Below are positions 27,732 to 36,472 of a DNA stretch of 46,729 bases, piece after piece. Within the stretch, counting starts at the first letter, position 1. Each line of letters opens with the position of its first letter. A program made the translations under genes and the position numbers. The notes below the pieces were generated by a model that worked only from the letters and a program-made list of their open reading frames with translations, did no database searches and had not been told where the DNA came from. The DNA comes from a virus. Its lineage: Duplodnaviria; Caudoviricetes. Location: positions 1 to 46,729 of IMG/VR virus record IMGVR_UViG_3300049437_000136. One strand, given 5' to 3'.

Positions 27732-28413
27732 CATCCTATATCTCGCTTTCAATCGTCTGGAATACACCAGGCAGACGACGGCCGCGATGCTGGCCAATAC
27801 GGAGTGGCGAGAGGTCCGGAGCATCCATGTGTACGACGACGGGTCGACAGACGGGACAAAGGAGTATCTCCGCTCTGTGAAGTGGCCTGTTCTATCGGAA
27901 CTGCATTCAGAGAGGTCCGGAGGTCCGGTAGCCGTCATGAGCAAGTTCCTTCAGCGCGAAACGCCGATGGATATTTTTGCGAAGATCGACAACGACACAA
28001 TGCTCCCACCCGACTGGCTGACAGAATGCCTAAAGGTGATGCAATCTTGCCCTGATCTGGGATTGCTCGGGATTGAGGCTTTCTGCCAGGTGGCCGCAGG
28101 CCGGGCCAAGAGATCGTTTGTCGGAGTCAGGCATATAGGCGGCATAGGATTGATGCGGCAAAGATGTTTCAGAACACTGCCTCGTCCGAATGGTGAGATG
28201 GGGCGTTTCGGATTCACGCGATGGCAGCATGAGAATGCCGGCGTCGTTAAGGGATGGATTAATCCTTCGCTACCGGTTTTCCTCCTCGACAAATGCGGAT
28301 TTGAGCCCTGGGCAGGCCTAGCTCAGAAATACATATCGGCTGGATGGCAGAGACCATGGCCGCTTTACACCGATGAAGATAAAGCCCTATGGGAGTGGAC
28401 AGGATGGAGATAG
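27724..28413 (+). CDS. Glycosyltransferase family 2 (GT-A)
   Basis: AFNRLEYT, VYDDGSTDGTKEYL, AKIDND..LPPDWL. Confidence 0.88.
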   Translation: MIDILYLAFNRLEYTRQTTAAMLANTEWREVRSIHVYDDGSTDGTKEYLRSVKWPVLSELHSERSGGPVAVMSKFLQRETPMDIFAKIDNDTMLPPDWLTECLKVMQSCPDLGLLGIEAFCQVAAGRAKRSFVGVRHIGGIGLMRQRCFRTLPRPNGEMGRFGFTRWQHENAGVVKGWINPSLPVFLLDKCGFEPWAGLAQKYISAGWQRPWPLYTDEDKALWEWTGWR

Positions 28414-29156
28414 TCGCAGCATTACGCGTGAAGAACGAAGCGCGATGGATCGAAGAGGTCCTCCGATCGGTCGGCTGGTGCGCCAAAACCTACGTGATGG
28501 ACGATCATAGCGACGATCTGACTGCGCGAATCGCCTGCGAATGCGGAGCCTTTCTGCTGCCGTCTCCTTTTGAGGGACACGACGAGGGACGGGACAAAAC
28601 CTGGCTGGTCGATCAGATCGCCCGGGAGTGGAAGCCAGGCGCCTGGGTGTTGATGATTGACGGCGACGAAATCCTGGAGCCTTCAGGAGAGCGCCGAATC
28701 CGGACGGCGATCGCGGCGCAACCGAAAGCCCTCTCCTTCAAACTGCACGTGCTTTATTTATGGAACTCGCGCGAAACGATCAGGACCGATGGAGTCTACT
28801 CGCGAAGAAATCGGCCGTCGCTGTTTCGGATGACAGGGGAGAATTCATTCAGGCGGACCGGAGTAAGCGGCAACCTGCATTGCTCGTGCGCGCCGGCAGC
28901 CTGCTATCCACCCGAGCCGGCATGTCCGGCGGACCTTTGGCATTTAGGATATATGAGCAGGGACGACCGGATAAGAAAATGGAAGTCCTATAACGCCATC
29001 GATCCGAAAAACACATCGGAGGGATACGATCCCAGGCATCCTGAAATGGGGAGCTACCCGCACATGGTGCAGGGAGACATCCCTCAAATCCCAGCCGGAG
29101 CCAGGCTGAAACACGCGGGCCCGGTAACGATTGAGAAATTCATCAGGAGATCGTAA
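28404..29156 (+). CDS. Glycosyltransferase family 2 (GT-A)
   Basis: RVKNEARWI, VMDDHSDD.T, WVLMIDGDE, HLGY. Confidence 0.9.
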   Translation: MEIVAALRVKNEARWIEEVLRSVGWCAKTYVMDDHSDDLTARIACECGAFLLPSPFEGHDEGRDKTWLVDQIAREWKPGAWVLMIDGDEILEPSGERRIRTAIAAQPKALSFKLHVLYLWNSRETIRTDGVYSRRNRPSLFRMTGENSFRRTGVSGNLHCSCAPAACYPPEPACPADLWHLGYMSRDDRIRKWKSYNAIDPKNTSEGYDPRHPEMGSYPHMVQGDIPQIPAGARLKHAGPVTIEKFIRRS

Positions 29157-29158
29157 TC

Positions 29159-29779
29159 ATGATCAGCAAACGCCAGGTGACTGCGCCGGAAACCGAGCCC
29201 ATCACCCTCGGAGAGGCCAAGCATCACCTCTATCTCGACGAATCGCCGGAGACCGCACATCCGGATGATGATCTGATCACGGCCTTTATTGTCGCATGCC
29301 GCGAATGGGCAGAGGGATTCCAGAACCGCGCGTACATCACGCAAACCTGGGATATGTACCTCGAAGGATTCCCCCACAGAGGACACAGAAGCATCGACAT
29401 CCCGCTGCCTCCGCTGCAGCATTTGATCTCGCTGACTTACAACGACGGATCGACAAACCAAGTCATAAGCTTCCTGGATCCGAGCGGGAGTCCGATCATG
29501 GAAACGGCCGATTTCATCGTCGACGAATCAACAGAGCCCGGCCGACTGTGCCTGAAGCCCGGCCGATCGTGGCCGGCGGCCGTGCACCAGGCCAAATCAG
29601 TACAAATCCGATTCGTGGCCGGATACGGCGAGGCCGCCGATGTGCCCGAACGCTTCAAGGCAGCAATGAAGCTGAAGCTGACGGACCTTTACGAAAACCG
29701 CGGCGAAATGGAGCCGGGATCCAATTATGAGAAGGCAGCGAGATCGCTGCTGTGGATGAAGAGAATAGTTCCGATATAA
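29159..29779 (+). CDS. Head-tail connector (HK97 gp6 / phiE125 gp8-like)
   Basis: PETEPITLGEAK.HL, DDDLI...I.ACRE.AE, RAYITQTW, AGYG, LYENR. Confidence 0.9.
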   Translation: MISKRQVTAPETEPITLGEAKHHLYLDESPETAHPDDDLITAFIVACREWAEGFQNRAYITQTWDMYLEGFPHRGHRSIDIPLPPLQHLISLTYNDGSTNQVISFLDPSGSPIMETADFIVDESTEPGRLCLKPGRSWPAAVHQAKSVQIRFVAGYGEAADVPERFKAAMKLKLTDLYENRGEMEPGSNYEKAARSLLWMKRIVPI

Positions 29780-29795
29780 GGTCCGGAGATTTGCG

Positions 29796-30134
29796 ATGAG
29801 AACGCCTGAGGTGGGGGAGCTTAAGGAAAGAATTGACATCCTCAACGTGACGGCTCCGTACGGAGTGGACGGAGTAGGGACTGTCACATCGAAAGCGGCT
29901 CGTGGCGTGCGCGCTAAGGTGTCTCCGATCGGTGGAAGCCAGGTGGCCGACACTCAGCAAACACAGGCGTTCGCGCAAGGATATGATATCTGGATCCGCT
30001 ATAGATCCGGAGTGACGCCGTTCCAGCAGATTTATTGGAGTGGGCTAACTCTCACCCAGACGGCTCCGCCGGAAGAATTCTCCGGGCGCTGGATCGTTTT
30101 CCATGCACAGACGATCATTACCAGGCACATCTAA
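29796..30134 (+). CDS. Head-closure (head-tail adaptor, SPP1 gp16-like) protein
   Basis: GELKERI.I, AKVSPIGG, IWIRYR.GV; position after the connector. Confidence 0.8.
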   Translation: MRTPEVGELKERIDILNVTAPYGVDGVGTVTSKAARGVRAKVSPIGGSQVADTQQTQAFAQGYDIWIRYRSGVTPFQQIYWSGLTLTQTAPPEEFSGRWIVFHAQTIITRHI

Positions 30135-30273
30135 ACAATTTGTCGGGCGCCGGGAAGCCCCGGCGCCAATAGTACGGTGCGGCTAGGGTCTGCAGCCCGA
30201 AATGCGGTCGTCCCCTGATCGCTGCCGCACTGCAATAGGGGTGCACCGCGGGGAGGTGACATATGAAAGGACT

Positions 30274-30705
30274 ATGACCATGGGAGCTTCCGAAGGCAAA
30301 GTTGGAATGAACACTCAGATTAAGATGGGCGATGGCGAATCGCCGGAAGTATTTTCGCTGATTCCCGAACCCAAAGACATCGATGGACCGGAGGTAACAC
30401 TGGAATTTGCCGATTTCACGCACCAGCAGAGCCCCAACGGTTTCCGCGAACGCAAGCCGACCGTGAAATCGAACAGCCAGGTGACTTTCCGCTGCAACAA
30501 ACTGGCGGGCAATGTAGTGCAGGATGCGTTAATCGCTGCTGCGAATGCAAATCCGCCGACTCCGAAGAATTTTCAAATGATTTATCCGGATGGAGATCAG
30601 ATTAATTTTATTGCCTATGTTTCCGTCAAATTCAGCGCTCCCATACTGAATGCGATGGAGCTGCAGGTCACGCTAAGCCTCGAGGGCGCATTTACCCCGG
30701 CCTAG
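30274..30705 (+). CDS. Major tail tube protein
   Basis: IKMGDGESPEVF..I.....I.GP, DFTH..SP.GFRE, NFQMIYPD; position before the chaperones. Confidence 0.82.
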   Translation: MTMGASEGKVGMNTQIKMGDGESPEVFSLIPEPKDIDGPEVTLEFADFTHQQSPNGFRERKPTVKSNSQVTFRCNKLAGNVVQDALIAAANANPPTPKNFQMIYPDGDQINFIAYVSVKFSAPILNAMELQVTLSLEGAFTPA

Positions 30706-30731
30706 AGAGGTAAACAAAAAAGGAGAAATGC

Positions 30732-31136
30732 ATGGATCGAGTGGAACTTAGGGCAAAATTCGCCTCCCGCGTGGAGGCGTTTCCCCTGGAAGAATTTGAT
30801 TTAAATCTGTTTATCAAACCTCTCAGCGCTCTGGACCGCGCGAGAATCGTCGACGGCTATAAGCGGCTTCATGCAGACGAAGGATCCGATTCGGCCATGG
30901 AAGTAATGACGGTGAAATCGCAGTGCTACATCGTCTGTCGAGGCCTAGTCGATGAAAAGGGGAATCCTTGCTATGGTCCAGACGAGCTGGAGAAAATCGC
31001 CGAGGAAATTCCGGGCAAAGCGCTGGACAAGATCTCCAATAAGATCCTGTCAGTCAGCGGAATGCTCAAAGACGAGCAGCCGGAAAAAAACTTGACTCCC
31101 GCCCCGAACGAAAATTTCAGCTCCGTCTTGCAGTAA
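30732..31136 (+). CDS. Tail assembly chaperone (gpG-like)
   Basis: AGGAG RBS; ends ..EKN.. over the slippery A AAA AAC. Confidence 0.82.
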   Translation: MDRVELRAKFASRVEAFPLEEFDLNLFIKPLSALDRARIVDGYKRLHADEGSDSAMEVMTVKSQCYIVCRGLVDEKGNPCYGPDELEKIAEEIPGKALDKISNKILSVSGMLKDEQPEKNLTPAPNENFSSVLQ

Positions 31137-31348
31137 CGTTCGGCCGGTGGGACGTGGACGCTTTACTCGACGAAATGCCGGCGGATCAGTATCTGGAGTG
31201 GCTCGAATTCGATAGTTTGGAGCCGCTCAATCCCGCCGGCAAGATTGTCGACGGCCTCTTTGAAAAGAAGGCTCCAGGAGCAAAAAACTGGATGGCTCAA
31301 AAGGCCAAAATGCTGACCCATATCGCGCATTTCGGAAAAAAGAAATAG
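31085..31348 (+). CDS. Tail assembly chaperone gpT-like part, reached by -1 programmed frameshift
   Basis: The -1 frame from A AAA AAC (31085-31091) reads KLDSRPERKFQLRLAVTFGRWDVDALLDEMPADQYLEWLEFDSLEP.., open to 31348. Confidence 0.82.
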   Translation, partial: KKLDSRPERKFQLRLAVTFGRWDVDALLDEMPADQYLEWLEFDSLEPLNPAGKIVDGLFEKKAPGAKNWMAQKAKMLTHIAHFGKKK

Positions 31349-31358
31349 CAGGGGAATT

Positions 31359-31826
31359 ATGGCGGGAATCGAAGCCGATGAATTCGGAGCGCTGGTCAAG
31401 ATGCTGGAATCCATCCCGGAGGAAGCGGTTCCGGCAGCGCAAGACGCCGCGGCTGAAGTGTTCAAGGCTGCGGCGATCGCGGCCGCGCCGGTGGAAAGCG
31501 GCCAATTAAAGGGCAGCATCAAAATATTCAAAAGTAAAAATAGGAATCTGACGGGCCGAGAGTTCACTCGCGTGCTTATCGGTCCGGAGAAGAAAAAGGG
31601 CTATTACGGATTCTTCCTTGAAAAGGGCTGGACTGCAACCGGGCCCAAGCGTCGCGGGAGAAAAGCGACTAAATCCGCCCACAGCCAACGAGGCGTGTCC
31701 GGCGGCAGAAAAATTCCGGACAAGCCCTGGTTTGAGCCTGCTATGAGGCAAGCCGAAGCGCGCGCCGAACAGGCTGCCGAGAGTGCTTTTGAGGCCAAAC
31801 TAAGACAAAAAGATTCGGAGACCTAA
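31359..31826 (+). CDS. HK97 gp10-like tail completion/neck protein
   Basis: APVESGQLKGSI, YYGFFLEKG, KPWFEPA. Confidence 0.85.
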   Translation: MAGIEADEFGALVKMLESIPEEAVPAAQDAAAEVFKAAAIAAAPVESGQLKGSIKIFKSKNRNLTGREFTRVLIGPEKKKGYYGFFLEKGWTATGPKRRGRKATKSAHSQRGVSGGRKIPDKPWFEPAMRQAEARAEQAAESAFEAKLRQKDSET

Positions 31827-31827
31827 T

Positions 31828-34800
31828 ATGGCCGTATCACGTCTTTTCACCGAAGCCGGAAAAGCCGTCGACAAAATGAATGAGTCTGTCCGCCAGGCGA
31901 TCGCAACTGCCAAAGAAGCTGGCGTTCAGGTCACTAAATCCGGCCAGTCGTTCATCTCTAAATTTGATGAAGCGCTCAATCCGACTAAAAGGTTGGCCGA
32001 GCAAATACAGTTGCTAAACGCAGCCGGTAAAAACAGCGCTGATATTTGGAAGGTGATGGGCGATGAGATTTCTCGCGCCTCTGATGCAGCTAAAAAGAAT
32101 GGCCAGGCTATCGATCCTCTGGTCAAGTCGATGCAGGAGATGAATAAGGTTACTCTCTCCAGCAAACTCAGTTTCGAGAATGTGGGACGATCAATCCAGG
32201 ATTTTGCCCAAAATCCCGTGGGAGCCGCGCAGGCTGGCCTTGGCAGTCTGTTATCCACTCTGGGGCCCACTGCGATAGGTGTGGGCGCAGTGGGAGCGGC
32301 AGCTGTTACGGCAGCCGTTGGAATTTACAAAATTGCGGCAAGCGCAGCTGATGCAGCCGAACGAATACAGAATATGTCCTATGCGCTTGGATTGAGCACC
32401 ACGGAGATACAGGCATTCAGCAGACTAGCGGAGGAATCGGGACTTGAGGACCTAACTTCTAAGATAGTCAGGCTGAACGCCCAGCTTGGAAGTAATGAGG
32501 GCGGGGATTTTGTTGAAGCTCTCTTGAGGATGAATATTGCAATAAAAGACAGCAAAAAGATCACAGACTATCTCTCCGAAATACATAATCGTTATATGGC
32601 CCTCGGAGATCCGATTAAAATCGCAGTTCAGGGCTCCGCAGATTTTGGAAAAATGTGGCCTGAGATTGCGCCGCTCGTCGCAAATGCCGGGCTAGACATC
32701 AAAAAGACTCTTGATGATATAACCAAGAGTGGCGCTGTAATGTCCCAGCAGCAGTTTGATTATTCCTTGCAACTGGACCAACGACTAGATGAACACGGCC
32801 GCAAATGGAAAGCTCTTGGGAATGTGATATCCGAAGCGGCTACTTTCGCCACCAATTATTTTTTGGGCGGATTTGAATCATGGCTTAAGGGAGGCGATTT
32901 TGGGACAGGCGCAATGCTGGGAAATCTGCCTGTACTGCCAACGCCGGGCGATGGCAATCCACCAGCTGCCGGCCACGGAAGCGATCAAGATCAGACAGGC
33001 TTTAATGAAATCGAGCGCCGCATAAGAATTATTGCGGAAGCTGATGCCGTAGCTGCAGGAACAAAACGTGGCTTAATCGAACTAACCATCCGGCTCAACG
33101 ATCTGGAACGGCAATATTCAGAGGAGAAATCCAAACAAAAGGGCGCCAAATTCGACGAAGAAAAAGTGCAAAGCCTCGCTACGCAGATCCAAAAAACCAA
33201 AGAACTTTTAAAGGCCAGAGAGGAAACCATAAAAAAGCAGGAGGACCTTAATAAAAAGCTTAAGGAATTTGAAGCAAACCAGCAGATCCTGTCCGGCATC
33301 GCGATTAAGAACATGCATGACTCCTGGGCGGCCGATGCTGAAGCTATCAGAAGAAAACAGGTTGAGGGCTTCACCAAGTTTGTGGAAGAGCAGGAAAAAA
33401 AGCGGCTTGAAAATTCCAAAATAATCGGCGAATTCAACCTTTCTCTCGATAAAGCAATCGAAGATTCAAAACTCGAGCAATTAAAAATTGAGCAGCAAAT
33501 AAATGACGCAGTGGTCCCCAGAAATGAGCAAGAGCGCATTCAAATGCAGCTCGAAAAAATACATGATCAATCACGAATCGAGGCCGAAGAGGTGCGGCTT
33601 AAATACACAAGATTGCGCGCGGAGCTGGAATTAAAAATTAAGTCCCTGAATCAATCAGCGCCCAACTTTGAACTTGTGCGTGATCAAATGAAGGAAGATC
33701 TCGCGCAGCTTGATACTGCATTATCCAAAGCTCTGGGAGGTGTGGCTCAAAAAGAAAGCGCCCAAATACTGCAGGTCCATAGGGGCGAATATCAGCGCAT
33801 GGTTGACCAGGTAAAACAGGGCGCCGGCGAGATCTTCGATGTCATCGTAAACGCCGGCCGCAATGGCCTCGGCAGCCTGATGGATTGGCTTAAAAACACT
33901 TTCCTAAATTCACTCAAAAAAATCTTCCAGGATTTCTTCGCCAACATCCTCACCGGACAAGGAGGATTAGCTCAATCATTGTCGGGATTATTCGGCGGAT
34001 TGTCCTCGCCTTCAGGCGGAGGCTGGCAGAATAACATTCCCTTTGCCGGAATGTTCAGGCAACAGGGCGGGATGCCGACCGCAGTCCAGGTGCTCCCATC
34101 CCCTGAAATAAAGGCGCTAACGGACATAATGGGGGAGGGCGCAATATTCCAAGCTCCAGAGAAGACAAACTGGTGGAAGTCCATGTTTGGCGAGGGCGGC
34201 CAAGGGATGAACTGGTCTGAATTCTTCGGAGGCGGCAAGGGCGGATTTTTCGGAAGCGATGGCCAAGGGGGATTCCTCGGCTCCGGCACAGGCGGGATCA
34301 ATGGCAAGGGAGTTGGCGGGGCGGCCGGCGGAATGATGATGACGGCCGGCGGAATGATGTATCTCGATGCTGCAATGGATTGGAGAGATCAAAGCGCTGG
34401 TGCGTGGGCTAAATCCATTGGCGGCGGAGCTCTCGCGGGATTTGCGCTTGGCGGACCTCTTGGAGCCGCCATCGGAGCCGCAGTGGGCGCGATCACAAAA
34501 AGCGTTGAAGGACTCGTCAAATGGGCTCAAGGGAAAACAAATGCTGAAGCCGGTATAAGCGAAATCTCCCGCGATTATGGCGGCATTAAGATGTCCAAGG
34601 ATGTTTATAACCAGGTGGTTGAATCCATGGGCCTCGATAAGGATTCCGGGGATCTGTGGAGAGCGCGCGGATCCGTTGCAGCTTCGCCGGCCATGTTGCA
34701 GCAGATGTTTGAACTCGCAAAACAGCAAGGGAAAATGGGCGATTTCATGGATCGCATGAATAACTGGCTGACCTACACTGGCCCCCATGGCGATGCAAGC

Positions 34801-36075
34801 CAGGCTCTCAAGATAGGCGAGATCACCGGAGACTGGACAAAACTCAATGAGCTTTGGAAACAGTCTCAATATTACCAGGATCTTGTTAATCGAGGCCTAA
34901 AGGAACAGGCCGACATGATGATTGTGGGCGATGCCGCCGCCAGTGAACTGCTGGACACCTTTAAGAGCTTCCGGGAGAGCATTAAATCGTCAATAGTCGA
35001 TCCTCTACAAACGTCGATCGACAAATTCATGGAAACAGGAGATATCACCGATAACCTCCGCGACAAGATTCTGCAATTCGGCGGCGATCTTTCAAAGTTT
35101 GAAGATCTGTCAGGGCTGATAAAGCTGAATTCCACATTTCAGGAGATGTCCAATCACTTCGCGCAGACGGGCGAACTTCTCCCGGAGTTGATGAGTCTCG
35201 CCGGCCAATATGGAGCGGATCTGGCGAAGCTCTCTGAAGCCTCCGATAAACTGACTACGCTGAATAAGACGGCTTCTATGGTGGGGACGCTACAAGGATC
35301 CCTGCAAAGCCTGGCTCAGCAGTTTGACCCAATACAACAATTCCTATCGGGGCAATGGAACTCCCGCATCGAAGCCGCATTAAGTGGCGCTGGCCTGGAT
35401 CCGGCTAAATTTTCCGGCCTCTCTGCAGCCATTAACGCGAGCGGCAATTGGGACAATATTTCTAATCAGGCGCTAAAAGGCGGAATAATAAATAAAGATC
35501 TGCAGGAAGCTCTTGCTCAATTTGGAGGCGCACAAGGCCAACTCGCGCTTCAACAATATAAGCAGGGATTCAATACTATTACTCAGGACCTGCTCGATAC
35601 AGTCAAAGCTTCAATGGACAAATCCTATGAGCAGAACATCCAGGAAGCTCTCGATTATCTCGGGAATGTCGGATCGGAGACCAACGAACAGATCACTCAA
35701 TTGACGGATACCGTAGAAGCGCAGCTGCAGATCGCCGGCGACAATATCAGCGAAGCTGTCAATACCGCCAAGAAGGATATCCTCGACACTCTCGACAAAA
35801 TACTTATCGCAATTTACGACCAAGAGAATCCTGAAGCGGCTGTCGATGCTGAGGCTGCTGCCGTTCCCAGGCTCGCGGACGGCGGGTTAATTCTGAAAAC
35901 AGGTCTCGCTATTGTGGATAAAGGCGAGAGATTCGATGGCGGCCGCGGATTTGGTTCGTATGTTTTTGTCAGCATTAATGGCAATGTGTACGGCCTTGAT
36001 GACCTTGATAACAAATTAAAAGAATCTTTCCAGCGCTTGGATCGGAGAGGGGAATTATTTTTCCGTCATGCATAA
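31828..36075 (+). CDS. Tape measure protein
   Basis: 1415 aa, helical/coiled-coil, Gly-rich hydrophobic stretches, C-terminal PRLADGG...GE motif. Confidence 0.9.
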   Translation: MAVSRLFTEAGKAVDKMNESVRQAIATAKEAGVQVTKSGQSFISKFDEALNPTKRLAEQIQLLNAAGKNSADIWKVMGDEISRASDAAKKNGQAIDPLVKSMQEMNKVTLSSKLSFENVGRSIQDFAQNPVGAAQAGLGSLLSTLGPTAIGVGAVGAAAVTAAVGIYKIAASAADAAERIQNMSYALGLSTTEIQAFSRLAEESGLEDLTSKIVRLNAQLGSNEGGDFVEALLRMNIAIKDSKKITDYLSEIHNRYMALGDPIKIAVQGSADFGKMWPEIAPLVANAGLDIKKTLDDITKSGAVMSQQQFDYSLQLDQRLDEHGRKWKALGNVISEAATFATNYFLGGFESWLKGGDFGTGAMLGNLPVLPTPGDGNPPAAGHGSDQDQTGFNEIERRIRIIAEADAVAAGTKRGLIELTIRLNDLERQYSEEKSKQKGAKFDEEKVQSLATQIQKTKELLKAREETIKKQEDLNKKLKEFEANQQILSGIAIKNMHDSWAADAEAIRRKQVEGFTKFVEEQEKKRLENSKIIGEFNLSLDKAIEDSKLEQLKIEQQINDAVVPRNEQERIQMQLEKIHDQSRIEAEEVRLKYTRLRAELELKIKSLNQSAPNFELVRDQMKEDLAQLDTALSKALGGVAQKESAQILQVHRGEYQRMVDQVKQGAGEIFDVIVNAGRNGLGSLMDWLKNTFLNSLKKIFQDFFANILTGQGGLAQSLSGLFGGLSSPSGGGWQNNIPFAGMFRQQGGMPTAVQVLPSPEIKALTDIMGEGAIFQAPEKTNWWKSMFGEGGQGMNWSEFFGGGKGGFFGSDGQGGFLGSGTGGINGKGVGGAAGGMMMTAGGMMYLDAAMDWRDQSAGAWAKSIGGGALAGFALGGPLGAAIGAAVGAITKSVEGLVKWAQGKTNAEAGISEISRDYGGIKMSKDVYNQVVESMGLDKDSGDLWRARGSVAASPAMLQQMFELAKQQGKMGDFMDRMNNWLTYTGPHGDASQALKIGEITGDWTKLNELWKQSQYYQDLVNRGLKEQADMMIVGDAAASELLDTFKSFRESIKSSIVDPLQTSIDKFMETGDITDNLRDKILQFGGDLSKFEDLSGLIKLNSTFQEMSNHFAQTGELLPELMSLAGQYGADLAKLSEASDKLTTLNKTASMVGTLQGSLQSLAQQFDPIQQFLSGQWNSRIEAALSGAGLDPAKFSGLSAAINASGNWDNISNQALKGGIINKDLQEALAQFGGAQGQLALQQYKQGFNTITQDLLDTVKASMDKSYEQNIQEALDYLGNVGSETNEQITQLTDTVEAQLQIAGDNISEAVNTAKKDILDTLDKILIAIYDQENPEAAVDAEAAAVPRLADGGLILKTGLAIVDKGERFDGGRGFGSYVFVSINGNVYGLDDLDNKLKESFQRLDRRGELFFRHA

Positions 36076-36088
36076 GGAGAAACTAAAT

Positions 36089-36445
36089 ATGGCCAAAATC
36101 ATACACTTCCCAGCCCTAGATAGTTCCGATTGGCATAAATATGAACAGGACGTTCGAAATGATCTTCTGTTGAATGCAGAGATATCGCACGAAGGGAAGG
36201 AATACATCATCCGCCGATTTAAAGCTATTTTTGATGATCTCCCTAAGAATACAAAGGTTGAAGTCGATTTAGCTCCGTTGTCGCATCTTTCTACTGAAGA
36301 TATTGAAATAGTGGTCGCAACTTTGCGCCAGTCGATAAATGAGATTTTGAAACAAGTTAAATTGGGCGCCGTGCTGGGGGAAATATTTCTTTTGCTCACT
36401 GAAATTGCAAAGCTAAAAGAGGAAATGAATAAATCTTTCGAATGA
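36089..36445 (+). CDS. Hypothetical AT-rich insertion (moron-like) in the tail operon
   Basis: AAGGAG RBS before ATG 36089; AT-richer than its flanks. Confidence 0.65.
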   Translation: MAKIIHFPALDSSDWHKYEQDVRNDLLLNAEISHEGKEYIIRRFKAIFDDLPKNTKVEVDLAPLSHLSTEDIEIVVATLRQSINEILKQVKLGAVLGEIFLLLTEIAKLKEEMNKSFE

Positions 36446-36472
36446 AACGTTAGATTTCTGGGGATATTCCGC

